Assembly: GCA_963835575.1 (NCBI GenBank)
Contig: CAWIGG010000004.1
Location: 576,001-640,000 of the forward strand
Length of the DNA: 64,000 nucleotides
Reading direction: 5' to 3'
Source: an uncultured Spirochaetota bacterium
Lineage (GTDB): Bacteria > Spirochaetota > Brevinematia > Brevinematales > JAOACQ01
This document shows, piece after piece, positions 29,227 through 39,731 of the stretch. Numbering within the stretch: position 1 is the first letter of the stretch; each line of letters opens with the position of its first letter. The position numbers and the translations under genes are program-made. The notes under the pieces were generated by a model, which did no database searches, was not told the origin of the DNA, and was given only the letters and a program-made list of their open reading frames with translations.

Positions 29227-29631
29227 ATGCAGGAAATCATTGAAATCAGAACAACCGCGGCCGAAGGGCTTTATGATATCACGGAAAAGGTCAGATCGCT
29301 TGTTCTGAAAAGCAAAATCCAACAGGGCCTTGTCAATGTCTATGTCAGGGGAGCGACGGCCGCCGTTATGATACAGGAAAACTGGGACGCGAGCGTCCAG
29401 ACGGATGTCATCACCCTGCTGCGGAAGCTCATCCCGCCCGGCGTCTGGCAGCATGACGCGCAGGACAATAACGGCGACGCCCATTTAAAATCCGGCCTGA
29501 TCGGCCCGAGCCAAACAATCCCTCTTATGGACAATAAACTCTTGCTTTCCACTTGGCAGAACATCTTTCTCTGCGAGTTCGACGGGCCGAGGGAAAAGAG
29601 GGAAATCGTCGTAACTATAATGGAGATGTAA
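29227..29631 (+). CDS. yjbQ: YjbQ/UPF0047 family protein
   Basis: QENWD, HD...NGDAHLKS and LSTWQNIFLCEFDGPR motifs. Confidence 0.9.
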   Translation: MQEIIEIRTTAAEGLYDITEKVRSLVLKSKIQQGLVNVYVRGATAAVMIQENWDASVQTDVITLLRKLIPPGVWQHDAQDNNGDAHLKSGLIGPSQTIPLMDNKLLLSTWQNIFLCEFDGPREKREIVVTIMEM

Positions 29632-29638
29632 TAAACAT

Positions 29639-29677
29639 AAAAAAAAGCCGGAGATATATAAATTCCCCGGCTTTTTT
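29639..29677. terminator. Bidirectional intrinsic terminator
   Basis: A-run-gccgg...ccggc-T-run between convergent genes. Confidence 0.7.
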
Positions 29678-29695
29678 ATTAACTATATAGGAAGA

Positions 29696-30127
29696 TTATA
29701 GTGTTTGAAGTTCTTTTAATTTACTCTGCGCTTCCTCTTTGACGGACTTCGGGGCCGTGTCATTGCCGATTATATCTTTCAGCCTGGACTGGGCTTTATC
29801 TTTGGCATCGCTTACCAGGAAAGTGATATCTTCATCGCTCATGCCTGATTTCTGCACTTTTTCCTTGTCCGTATGAATGAACTTGATCAGTAGAATATAA
29901 GCTTTGGCCGTATTGAGCTTTGTTGTGGAATCGTTATTCGATTTTTCCGCGTCCAGGGATTCCTTTAAAACTGCCATTACATTTTCAAAAGCCGTATCAT
30001 TCATTTTATCGTAAGCCGGCTTTTTGACTTCCTGGACATCCTGTTTTACCGTCGTTTTTTCGCCGCAGGAAACTAACAGGCCCGCAGCCAGAAAACCGAA
30101 TATAATAACAACTGAAATTCTTTTCAT
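29696..30127 (-). CDS. Putative lipoprotein
   Basis: Signal peptide ending LLVS-C; AGGAGG RBS. Confidence 0.7.
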   Translation of the reverse strand: MKRISVVIIFGFLAAGLLVSCGEKTTVKQDVQEVKKPAYDKMNDTAFENVMAVLKESLDAEKSNNDSTTKLNTAKAYILLIKFIHTDKEKVQKSGMSDEDITFLVSDAKDKAQSRLKDIIGNDTAPKSVKEEAQSKLKELQTL

Positions 30128-30151
30128 AATAAAACCTCCTTTAACTTTAAA

Positions 30152-30598
30152 CTACCACCGGATATTTTTCATCGCGTTCCAGGCTTCTTTAATTGTCGCG
30201 TCCCTGTGCCTTTTTGAATAAAGAACTATTCTCAGCAGAGCCGGGAAGCACTTCTGGCTCCCGTTTTTACCCATTATTTTAACCAGTTCCTCTGCGATAA
30301 CATCATCATAGTATTGTCCCTGGTCATTTTCCTTAAAATTAGGGATATCATAGTTATAGATCAGCACATCAGCGATGATTCCTACAACCCTCTCTTCTTT
30401 ATAATTATCTTTTAATACTTTGAGCACGCCTTTCTTTTCATCATAGTTCCCGTTTTTTATCAGGATTCTATGCGCCTTGTTTATTTCTTCCTCAACTGAA
30501 GTATTATGAATTGAAAATACCGAAGAACTCGACGCGGAATCTTCCCCAAAACAGAAGCCGGCTAAGAAAAAAATCAATAATACAATGATTTTCTTCAT
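30152..30598 (-). CDS. Exported helical-repeat protein
   Basis: Signal peptide; C-terminus paralogous to 30603..31346. Confidence 0.6.
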   Translation of the reverse strand: MKKIIVLLIFFLAGFCFGEDSASSSSVFSIHNTSVEEEINKAHRILIKNGNYDEKKGVLKVLKDNYKEERVVGIIADVLIYNYDIPNFKENDQGQYYDDVIAEELVKIMGKNGSQKCFPALLRIVLYSKRHRDATIKEAWNAMKNIRW

Positions 30599-30602
30599 AA
30601 AA

Positions 30603-31346
30603 TTACCATTTCAGCTTCTTCATGGCTTCCCATCCGGCTTTTATTGTTTCATCCCTGTGGGTTTCCGGGCTCATAACCGTGCGGAGCAGAACTGAAAAAG
30701 CCCTCGGGTCCCCGATATCCCCAAGCGATTCAATAATAGCCTGAGCAACTTTATCATCGTCAAATCTCTTCTGGTCCCCTTCGCTGAATTTGGCCCTGCT
30801 CGCGCCGTATTGGTTTTTCAGAAGATCAACCATTTTAGGCAGTATTAAATTGGGATCGCCTAAAGCCGGGAGGGCCTTCGCGGCCGCCATTCTGGGCTTT
30901 AAGACATCGTCCCTTTCAATAATCATCAGCATAACCGGAATATAAGCCGAATTTGAGCTTTCGCTTAAAGCCTTTATGGCCAATACTCTCGCGTCGGGAG
31001 ACACAATAATAATCTTGTTTTCAGTTTGCTTTGCGGTTCTTACATCCCATTTGACAACTTCTTCCAGAAAATCATATTTTTTTGCGGAATTATTGGTGAT
31101 CTTCGTTGTCAGAAGAACAATCTTGAACTGGGTGTCAAAGGCGGCGTCTTTTCCGATTGAATTATTAAACTCCGCTTTTAAATACGGCAATACCACATCC
31201 GGAAGCATTAAATCCTTCGGGATCTGCTCAACCGGCATATTCGGACTGATCAGCGGCCCCAGTTCTTCAGCGGTAACCCCCTTGGCTGACTGCAGAAAGC
31301 TGAATAGAAAAAGAAAAAGTGCAATAAAAAAGAAATTCCTTTTCAT
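30603..31346 (-). CDS. Exported HEAT-repeat protein
   Basis: Signal peptide; RVLAIKALS, RMAAAKALPALGD and SLGDIGDPRA repeats. Confidence 0.7.
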   Translation of the reverse strand: MKRNFFFIALFLFLFSFLQSAKGVTAEELGPLISPNMPVEQIPKDLMLPDVVLPYLKAEFNNSIGKDAAFDTQFKIVLLTTKITNNSAKKYDFLEEVVKWDVRTAKQTENKIIIVSPDARVLAIKALSESSNSAYIPVMLMIIERDDVLKPRMAAAKALPALGDPNLILPKMVDLLKNQYGASRAKFSEGDQKRFDDDKVAQAIIESLGDIGDPRAFSVLLRTVMSPETHRDETIKAGWEAMKKLKW

Positions 31347-31528
31347 AAAACTTACTCCTCCACTACATTTTCAGCAATGCCGGAAAATTAATAGGCAATT
31401 TTTCCGCATTGCTGTTAAGTCATTTTAACTTAATCTCATTAAAAGTCAATAGAAAAAAATAAATTGCTGTGAAAAACAAATACCAGATCTAAATGATTAA
31501 TTTTTATATATCTTTAGCGTATTTATTT

Positions 31529-31601
31529 GCAGATTTCCACCCCGCGCCGGTTCCTGAGTAGCCCGATAGGGCGTATCGAAGGACGCGGGATGGAAATCTG
31601 C
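31529..31601. repeat. REP-like hairpin with CCTGAGT...GTATCGAAGG core
   Basis: gcagatttcca-c-cccgcg...cgcggg-a-tggaaatctgc; the core recurs at 48933-48981. Confidence 0.65.
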
Positions 31602-31763
31602 CTATTATAAAGCTTTTGTTAAACAAATCACTTGGCTTAGGAAAGATTGAATTTTTCATACTGAATATTCAACTAAGCAGAACAATATAATAGAAAAGGG
31701 CTGTTCCAAAAAAAATGTTTTTTGAAACAGCCCTTTATTAAATTGCCGTTTTGCAGATTATTC

Positions 31764-32750
31764 CTACCAGAGTTGATGAACGGAAGGTTTTATATATTTC
31801 TCATAAACCGCGTAGACCGCTTTCATCTGTCCTGCAGAGAGCGGTTTAATATTTCCGGCTTTGATATTTTCAAGCACCTGCTCCGGCCTCGAGGCGCCGG
31901 GTATGACGCATGATACTTCTTTAAACATCAATATCCACCGGATGGCCCATAGGGCGAGCGCGGTATCGCCCTTAAAAACCGTCTTCAGTTCCTCGACAGC
32001 TTTTAAGCCTGTATCAAAATCAATACCGGAGAATGTCTCTCCCCGGTCAAACCATTCGCCATGCCTGTTCCCGAAACGGTGGTCGCCTTTTTCAAAAACA
32101 GTGCTTTGCGTGTATTTCCCCGAAAGAAGGCCGCTGGCCAGCGGGACCCGCGCCAGGATACCCACATTCTTTTTCGCCGCGATGCCGAAAAAGAGCTCGG
32201 AAGGGCGCTGACGGAACATGTTGAAAATGATCTGGACCGTCGTTACATTTGGAAATTCAACGGCCTTGACCGCTTCCTCGACTCTTTCAACGCTGACGCC
32301 CATATTCAGGATTTTACCCTGCTTTTTCAATTTATCAAAGGCGTCAAATATCTCCGGCCTGTAATAGACCTCCGCGGGAGGGCAGTGCAGCTGGATCAGG
32401 TCCAACGCGTCAAGCTTCATGTTTTTCAGGCTGTCCTCTACAAACCGCATGAGGGCTTCTATCGTATATGCCGCGTTATTATGCTCTTTCAGCCTCCTGC
32501 CGCATTTTGTCGCCATGTATATTCTTTCCTTCCTGGATTTTACAACCCTCGCCGCAGCCGCTTCGCTTAAACCGTCCGAATAGACATCGGCGGTGTCAAT
32601 AAAATTTATTCCGTTATCAATCGCCTGGTTTATAATGACTTCGGCGTTTTTATCATCGAAAGAACTGCCCCATTTCCCGCCGACCTGCCATGTGCCAAGC
32701 GAGATTTCCGAGACTTTAAATCCGGTTTTTCCCAGCGTCCTGTATTTCAT
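31764..32750 (-). CDS. Aldo/keto reductase
   Basis: LGKTGFKVSEISLGTW, IDTADVY, ATK, LQLH-like and VPLASGLL motifs. Confidence 0.93.
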   Translation of the reverse strand: MKYRTLGKTGFKVSEISLGTWQVGGKWGSSFDDKNAEVIINQAIDNGINFIDTADVYSDGLSEAAAARVVKSRKERIYMATKCGRRLKEHNNAAYTIEALMRFVEDSLKNMKLDALDLIQLHCPPAEVYYRPEIFDAFDKLKKQGKILNMGVSVERVEEAVKAVEFPNVTTVQIIFNMFRQRPSELFFGIAAKKNVGILARVPLASGLLSGKYTQSTVFEKGDHRFGNRHGEWFDRGETFSGIDFDTGLKAVEELKTVFKGDTALALWAIRWILMFKEVSCVIPGASRPEQVLENIKAGNIKPLSAGQMKAVYAVYEKYIKPSVHQLW

Positions 32751-32759
32751 ATGCCCTCC

Positions 32760-35111
32760 TTATTCCCTCAGTTCCGCATTGTATTTTTCTTTTAAGACCG
32801 CCACAAGCTTCACCATGACTTCATTTACTTCCGCGTCGGTCAGCGTGCGCTCTTTACTCTGGAATGTTATGGAAAATGTGACGCTCTTTTTATTCTCGCC
32901 GATCTGCGCTCCTTTAAACAGGTCAACATATTTCACATCCCGGATCCATTCATGGAACGATTCGATTGAGAGCATGATAGTTCTTGAAAGAGCATCCTTT
33001 TCTATGACAAGGGAAATATCGCGGCTGTTCGGCGGGAATTTACCGGCATCTTTAAGCGGATTCTCCTGATTTAAATAATCTCTCAGCGGCAGCGTCTCAA
33101 ACTCGCCGATATACGCCCCGAAACGGAGATCAAGCTTTCCCATAATGTCCGGATGGATTTCGCCGGCGAACCCGATGGGTTTTCCGTCCACTAAAACCTC
33201 GGCGGAATTAACCGGGTGGAGAAACGGCAGCTGAACCTGCCTGAAATCAATTTTCTCCGCTCCCATTTTTCTTAACAGATATTCCAGAATACCCGATGCC
33301 GAGTAATAATCATATTTCTCGCCGTAGAAGATGAACCCCGCTTTTTTTGTCTCAATAAAATTATTCTTCTTTTTATGAAAAGTCCTGCCGATTTCATAAA
33401 AACATGTGTTGTTTTTATAAGCGTTCTTCGCGTTGTACTCCGCTGTTTTAAGAAGCCCCATGAACAAATAGTTTCTCATGATGGCCGCGTCGCTTGAAAG
33501 CGGGTTCTGGAGCTTGAGGAGGTTTTCCTCTTTAGCATTGAAGAGAGAGAGTTCTTCCTCGTTTGTAAAGCTGAAATTATAGGCTTCCGAAAAACCCCTG
33601 TTCGATAATATCTCACGTATTTTTGTTTCCTCATCTTTTTTAAGCAGAAGCCCGTCCACATCCACCGGCGGTTTGAACATATTCTGGGGAATATTATTAT
33701 AGCCGTAGATCCGGGCAACTTCTTCGACTATATCAATAACGCGGCAGACATCCGAGCGGAATGTGGGGACCTTTACCTCAAGCGCGTCTTCCCGTTTAGC
33801 CAGGATATTAAATTTAAGCCGTTTCAGGATCGCTTCAATCGCCCGCAGAGTGAGTTTGACCCCTAATTTTGAAGAAACAAAATCGGCTTTAACATTGATT
33901 ATAACGTCCTTGAAAATATTGACATATTCATCCCTGATTTTTGAGATTTTCGGCGTACAGGTCATCAGGATTATTTCCGCCGCCCTTTCGATCGCGCTGA
34001 CCGTAATACCCCAGTCGGCCGTCCGTTCAAAACGGTATGAAGCTTCGGTGCGGAGCCCGAGCTTTTTAGCCGTTTTCCGTATGCAGACGGGGTCGAAATA
34101 AGCGCTTTCCAGAAGGATATCAACAGTTGAATCCATCACCTGGCTGTTCTCGCCGCCCATAATGCCGGCAAGCGCGACGGATTTTTTGCCGTCGGCGATC
34201 AGGAGCATGGAATCGTCCAGCGCATGGCTCTGACCGTCAAGGGTTTTAAATTTCTCGCCTTTTCCCGCTTTCCGGACTATGATCTTCTGACCGTCCAGTT
34301 TTTCAAGGTCAAAGGCATGCATGGGGTGGCCGATCTCCAGGAGCACATAATTTGTCGCGTCGACGATATTATTGATGGCGCGGATGCCGCAAAGCTCGAG
34401 CTTTCTTTTCAGCCATTCCGGCGATTCTTTTACTTTAATGCCGCGTAAAATCTGCGCGGAATACCGGGGGCAGAGATTTCTTTCTTCTATAGTAATGTCT
34501 GGTATTTCATCGCCGGATTCCTGCTCGGCAGGATTTGGAATAATGAGTTCTTTATCCAGCATGGCCGCGACTTCCCTCGCCAGGCCGATGACTGAAAGGC
34601 AGTCGGAACGGTTGGAAGTCAGCTCCACTTCGAGAAGGTAATCCTCTTCGGTATATATTTCAAATAAGGATTTCGCCGTCTTTTCCTCTTTTCCAAGTAT
34701 CCAGATATCCGGACTTTTTTCTTCCAGGTTAAGATTTTCCCTGGCCAGCATCATCCCTTCGGATTTTTCCCCTTTAATGACCGCTTCCTTGATCTCGATG
34801 CCGTTCGGCAATACAGTGCCGGGAACAGCCATGACCACAAAATTTCCCTTTTCCAGGGCCTTGCTGTTTGTAATCAAACGGTATGTTTTTTTCGCGGCCG
34901 TGACAACCGCGACTCTAAGATTATCAGCCTGGGGATGCTTAATCAATTCGGTTACTTTTCCCAGCAGGATCTTTTCAATGTTTTCCTGGCCGATGCCGAT
35001 GTTTTTTACGCCGACAACCTCAGGGCCGACGGAAGTCAGTCTTTGCGCGAGGTCCTTTACCGGGATATCTATCTTTACAAATTCTTTAAGCCAGTTATAT
35101 GTTACTTTCAT
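32760..35111 (-). CDS. pheT: Phenylalanyl-tRNA synthetase beta subunit
   Basis: NRSDCLS, VDATNYV, GHPMHAFD, ASYRFER and a C-terminal FDX-ACB domain. Confidence 0.97.
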   Translation of the reverse strand: MKVTYNWLKEFVKIDIPVKDLAQRLTSVGPEVVGVKNIGIGQENIEKILLGKVTELIKHPQADNLRVAVVTAAKKTYRLITNSKALEKGNFVVMAVPGTVLPNGIEIKEAVIKGEKSEGMMLARENLNLEEKSPDIWILGKEEKTAKSLFEIYTEEDYLLEVELTSNRSDCLSVIGLAREVAAMLDKELIIPNPAEQESGDEIPDITIEERNLCPRYSAQILRGIKVKESPEWLKRKLELCGIRAINNIVDATNYVLLEIGHPMHAFDLEKLDGQKIIVRKAGKGEKFKTLDGQSHALDDSMLLIADGKKSVALAGIMGGENSQVMDSTVDILLESAYFDPVCIRKTAKKLGLRTEASYRFERTADWGITVSAIERAAEIILMTCTPKISKIRDEYVNIFKDVIINVKADFVSSKLGVKLTLRAIEAILKRLKFNILAKREDALEVKVPTFRSDVCRVIDIVEEVARIYGYNNIPQNMFKPPVDVDGLLLKKDEETKIREILSNRGFSEAYNFSFTNEEELSLFNAKEENLLKLQNPLSSDAAIMRNYLFMGLLKTAEYNAKNAYKNNTCFYEIGRTFHKKKNNFIETKKAGFIFYGEKYDYYSASGILEYLLRKMGAEKIDFRQVQLPFLHPVNSAEVLVDGKPIGFAGEIHPDIMGKLDLRFGAYIGEFETLPLRDYLNQENPLKDAGKFPPNSRDISLVIEKDALSRTIMLSIESFHEWIRDVKYVDLFKGAQIGENKKSVTFSITFQSKERTLTDAEVNEVMVKLVAVLKEKYNAELRE

Positions 35112-35119
35112 ACATCCTC

Positions 35120-36145
35120 CTACTTCACAAACTGCTCAAGGAGCCGCATATCATTCTCAAAGAACTGCCGGATATCCTTGATCCCGTACACGGTCATGGC
35201 CACCCTTTCAATGCCCAGGCCGAACGCGAACCCGGAGTAAATATCAGGATCGATCCCGCAGTTTTCAAGGACGATCGGGTCCACCATACCGCAGCCCATC
35301 AGCTCCACCCAGCCTGTCTGCTTGCAGACGCCGCATTTTTTCCCATGGCAGACGGGGCATGTCACAGCCAGTTCAGCTGAAGGCTCCGTAAAGGGAAAGT
35401 AGTCCGGGCGCAGGCGGATATTGGTGCCTTCTCCGAACATCAGTTTTGCCCAGAGGAGCAGTGTCCCCTTGAGGTCCGCGAATGAAACGCCTTTGTCCAC
35501 AACAAGGCCTTCCATCTGATGGAAAACAGGGGAATGCGTCGCGTCCACAGCGTCCCTCCGGTAGCACCTCCCGGGCACAATAATAGCGATCGGGGGCTTT
35601 TTAATTTTCATGGTCCTGATCTGGACCGGGGATGTATGAGTCCTTAATAACTTTCCTGAACCGAAAAAGAATGAATCATGATCGTCGCGCGCCGGATGAT
35701 GCGCCGGAATGTTGAGCGCTTCAAAATTATAGTACTCCTCTTCCATTTCCGGACCGTCGGCCACGCTGTAGCCCATGCTTTTAAAAACATTGACCATTTT
35801 ATCGACAACCTGAGTCAGCGGGTGATAATAGCCGATAAACGGAACGTTCTTCGGGATTGAAATATCATCCACTCCGGATTTTAATTTCGTTTCTTTTGCC
35901 GCCTTTTCAATAGACGCGGAAGCCTCATCCAGCATACGGGAAATTTCATCCTTGATTTCGTTCGCTATTTTTCCGGTCTCCCTGCGGGCTTCATCGCTTA
36001 AACTTCCAATTTTGCTTAATATATCCTTCAGGAAACCTTTTTTCCCAAGATATTTAATACGCAATTCTTCCAGCATTTTCGGGTCGGCGGTTTTGGACAA
36101 TTCCTGTCTGGCTTCATCCCTTATCTTCAGTAATTCTTCCTTCAT
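35120..36145 (-). CDS. pheS: Phenylalanyl-tRNA synthetase alpha subunit
   Basis: HHPARD, LRTHTSPVQ, YFPFTEPS and GFAFGLGIER motifs. Confidence 0.97.
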   Translation of the reverse strand: MKEELLKIRDEARQELSKTADPKMLEELRIKYLGKKGFLKDILSKIGSLSDEARRETGKIANEIKDEISRMLDEASASIEKAAKETKLKSGVDDISIPKNVPFIGYYHPLTQVVDKMVNVFKSMGYSVADGPEMEEEYYNFEALNIPAHHPARDDHDSFFFGSGKLLRTHTSPVQIRTMKIKKPPIAIIVPGRCYRRDAVDATHSPVFHQMEGLVVDKGVSFADLKGTLLLWAKLMFGEGTNIRLRPDYFPFTEPSAELAVTCPVCHGKKCGVCKQTGWVELMGCGMVDPIVLENCGIDPDIYSGFAFGLGIERVAMTVYGIKDIRQFFENDMRLLEQFVK

Positions 36146-36525
36146 ACCCTCTTCTCCATATACAAACATGAATCATTTTATATTAAAAATGAAATTTTGA
36201 CAATTACAGGCCAATCTAAAAATTATCAGGATTGACATGAAATGAGCTGTGAGGATATTCGATACCTGATTTTATTATTGATAAAATGATACGGCTGCTT
36301 AAAGCTAACTGTCTTATAAATCTCAAATTATACATAATATGAAAAATTATCATCATTGACAAAATCGTATGATGAATTATAATATTTTTTGTAGCGCTCC
36401 TCATAATTGAATTTTATCGACAGAAAAGGAATCTGAAAAACCGGGTTGCTTGGATTTTAAACAATACGCATCCGGATCTTTAAACCTGATTCGGATAATA
36501 AAAAGTAAAGATGGGCGGCGAAATC

Positions 36526-39519
36526 ATGGATCATAAAAAAGTTGTTCTCCTTGTCGAAGATGATGCCATTTTAGGCATGGCCGAAGCTGAGATGTTATCA
36601 GGACATGGTTTTAAAGTAATCACCGCCGTCAGCGGGGGAAAAGCCGTTGAAGCGGTAAAAAAAACCCCGGATATCAGCATGGTCCTGATGGACATCAACC
36701 TCGGCAAAGGCATCGACGGCACACAGGCGGCGAAAGAAATATTAAAAATCAGAGAACTGCCGATCGTTTTTTTAACATCCCACTCGGAAAAGGAGATGGT
36801 GGACAGGGTTAAAAACATTACGAGCTACGGATACGTATTGAAGAACTCGGGCGAATTCGTATTGACTGAATCCATCAGCATGGCTTATGAATTATTTAAC
36901 GCTCATCAGGACCTGAAAAAAGATATCGAAAAGCGTAAAAAGACAGAGAAAGCCCTGCGGGCAAGCGAAGAGAAATTCCGCTCCATCTTTGAGAATTCTA
37001 CGGCCGGGGTCGCTCTTGTCGGGCTCGACGGACGTTACCAGATGGTCAATCCGGCTTTCAGCGGGATATTCGGCTATTCAGCCGAAGATTTATTAACAAT
37101 CGATTTCTTCAAGATCACCCATCCGGATGATATTGAGCTCAGCCGGAACACTTTGCAGAATGTTCTGGACAACAAAGGTAAAAGTCTTCATTTTTCCAAG
37201 CGCTACATCCATAAAGACGGGCATACAATCTGGACCGAAGTCAGTTCGGCGCTTGTATATGGAACGGATGGCAAACCGGCCTATTTTGTTACCCATATAA
37301 TCGATATCACCGAAAGGATAAAAGCGGAACAGGCGCTCAAAGATAGCGAAGAACGCTACCGGTTAATCGCCGATGTTACCACCGATTATTTTTTTAAAAT
37401 CCGTGTAAATGAACAACGAAAGATAATAATTGAATATGCTTCGGAAAATTTTACAAAAACTACAGGTAGATCTCCTGATGAAGTCAATTCCATGGCATCC
37501 TGGGACAAAATCTTTCATCCTGAGGATTTTCCCCTGGTGCTTAAATTTATGGATCATGTTTTTTCGACAGGAGAACCGGATTCCATGGAATGCAGGACTC
37601 TCGCACGGGGAAAAATGCGCTGGATCAGTATTCTGGTCAATCCGCAGAAAGACCCATTAAGCGGAAAAGTAAACCTGATCTTTGGAGCTGTTAAAGACAT
37701 AACGGCGCGTAAAAATGCGGAAGAAGCCCTGCGCGACAGCGAAGAACGGTATAGATTTCTATTTAATAACACACAGGTCGGCATATTCCGGGCAAGGCTG
37801 GAAGATGGAAAAATCATTGAATGCAATGATTTTTTTGCCCATCAAGCCGGATATTCATCAGTTGAGGAGTGCTGTAATGACTATGTGACCTCAGAACACT
37901 ATGTTGATCCTGAAAAACGCTCCCAGTTGATAAAAGAACTGCTCAAAAAAGGAACTAATGAAAACATTGATGTTCAAATGACAATAAAGGACGGCACGCC
38001 TATCTGGGTAAGTTTTTACTCCAAGGCTTATCCGGAAGAAGGTTTTCTTGTCGGAGTTGCGGTTGACATAACAGAGCGCAAAAAAGTTGAGGAACAGCTG
38101 ATAAATACAAAGGCCATGCTTGAAACCGCTTTCATGCAGACCCCGATCCCGATGGTTCTTGTCAGTGTACCGGACTATATTATCCGCATCGTCAATCCGG
38201 CCAGCATAGAATTCCTCGGTTTACAGGATGAACCTGATCATCAGGGAGAATCATTTTTCCAGTTCAAACAAACCTGGCAGGACTATGACGCGAAGGGGAA
38301 CCAAAAACCAATTAACGAAATGCCGCTTGCTCTAGCAATGACAGGCATAGAAACTAAAAACAAAGAGTTTTTTGTTAAAAGAAAGGGCGGAAGCATACGC
38401 TGGGAAATCGTAACCGCTTCTCCGGTCCGGAATAATTCCGGGGAGATCATTGCCGCTTACCTGGTATTTCCGGACATCACAGTACGGAAAAATGCGGAGG
38501 AAGCCCTGTTCCGCGAACAGGAAAAATCCAGAATGTATCTTAATATAGCGCCTTCCATTATATTAGTTCTCGATTCTCAAGGCAATATTACACTTATTAA
38601 CGAGCAAGGCTGCCGGATACTTGAGTGTGTGCAGTCTGAGATCATCGGTAGGAACTGGTTTGACACTTTTATACCGGAAAAAAGACGCGAGCAGGACAAA
38701 ATGATTTTCAGACGATTAATAGCGGGAGAAGTAGAGCCTGTTGAATATATGGAAAACAGCGTTTTGACCAGAAAAGGCAGTGAGCGCCTCATGCTCTGGC
38801 ATAATACTGTTATGAAGGATGAAGCCGGCCGGAACACCGGAACTATCGCCTCAGCCGAAGATATTACAGAACGTAAAAAGGCTGAAAATGAAATCAGGCT
38901 GCTTCTGAATGAACGGGAACTTCTTCTGACTGAGGTACATCACAGGATCAAGAATGATATGAGTATCATCAGTTCCATGCTCTCGGTCCAGGCAAATTCA
39001 AGCCGGGAAGAAATAATTAGAACCGAGCTTCTGGAAACGCAGGCCAGGATAAATATCATGTTTAATATTTATAATGAATTGTATAAAGGAAAGAATTTTT
39101 CAGTTATTCCGCTGAAAACATTTATTATTGATCTGATTAAAAATATTCAATATCTCTACAGTGTAATGAACCCTGTTAATGTCGGTACTGATATTGACGA
39201 TGCCAATATCAGCAGAAAAATATCTTTCCCTGTCGGGATGATTGTTAATGAAGTGATAACCAATTCATTCAAATACGCTTTTCCAAAAAAAGACAATAAA
39301 AATCAAATAAAGATTTCTGTAAAGAAAAATAAAAACAACCGGCTATTCATCTGCATTTCTGATAACGGCATAGGCTTCCCTGAAGAGATATTAAAAACCG
39401 GCTCCGGCGGCTTCGGCTTAAAACTTATTGAGATGCTTTCCCGGCAGACAAACGGCACAACAAGATTTTATAATTATAACGGCGCTGCTTTTGAGCTGAC
39501 AATCCCGCTGGAAGAATAA
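36526..39519 (+). CDS. Hybrid sensor: receiver + multiple PAS + HisKA_2 histidine kinase
   Basis: Receiver paralogous to 19071..20489, five DIT(E/A/V)R PAS ends, EVHHRIKND and DNGIG. Confidence 0.9.
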   Translation: MDHKKVVLLVEDDAILGMAEAEMLSGHGFKVITAVSGGKAVEAVKKTPDISMVLMDINLGKGIDGTQAAKEILKIRELPIVFLTSHSEKEMVDRVKNITSYGYVLKNSGEFVLTESISMAYELFNAHQDLKKDIEKRKKTEKALRASEEKFRSIFENSTAGVALVGLDGRYQMVNPAFSGIFGYSAEDLLTIDFFKITHPDDIELSRNTLQNVLDNKGKSLHFSKRYIHKDGHTIWTEVSSALVYGTDGKPAYFVTHIIDITERIKAEQALKDSEERYRLIADVTTDYFFKIRVNEQRKIIIEYASENFTKTTGRSPDEVNSMASWDKIFHPEDFPLVLKFMDHVFSTGEPDSMECRTLARGKMRWISILVNPQKDPLSGKVNLIFGAVKDITARKNAEEALRDSEERYRFLFNNTQVGIFRARLEDGKIIECNDFFAHQAGYSSVEECCNDYVTSEHYVDPEKRSQLIKELLKKGTNENIDVQMTIKDGTPIWVSFYSKAYPEEGFLVGVAVDITERKKVEEQLINTKAMLETAFMQTPIPMVLVSVPDYIIRIVNPASIEFLGLQDEPDHQGESFFQFKQTWQDYDAKGNQKPINEMPLALAMTGIETKNKEFFVKRKGGSIRWEIVTASPVRNNSGEIIAAYLVFPDITVRKNAEEALFREQEKSRMYLNIAPSIILVLDSQGNITLINEQGCRILECVQSEIIGRNWFDTFIPEKRREQDKMIFRRLIAGEVEPVEYMENSVLTRKGSERLMLWHNTVMKDEAGRNTGTIASAEDITERKKAENEIRLLLNERELLLTEVHHRIKNDMSIISSMLSVQANSSREEIIRTELLETQARINIMFNIYNELYKGKNFSVIPLKTFIIDLIKNIQYLYSVMNPVNVGTDIDDANISRKISFPVGMIVNEVITNSFKYAFPKKDNKNQIKISVKKNKNNRLFICISDNGIGFPEEILKTGSGGFGLKLIEMLSRQTNGTTRFYNYNGAAFELTIPLEE

Positions 39520-39571
39520 AAATATTTATGTGATCATTACAAACTTTATTTAGGGTTTGCTAAATAATAAC

Positions 39572-39729
39572 AAAAACCGTCATTGCGAGCGGCCAATTTT
39601 ATCCTTCGACGATTATTCTTATGCGAAGCAATCTGTTTATTCATTAAGTTATCTTTATTTGCAGACAGATTGCTTCGCGCTGTAACCATTACCGGGGTAC
39701 AGCGCTGGATGCTCGCAATGACGGTTTTT
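39572..39729. repeat. GTCATTGCGAG-type palindromic element
   Basis: Perfect 19-bp outer IR (39572-39590 / 39711-39729) and 14-bp inner IR gcgaagcaatctgt / acagattgcttcgc. Confidence 0.8.
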
Positions 39730-39731
39730 AT

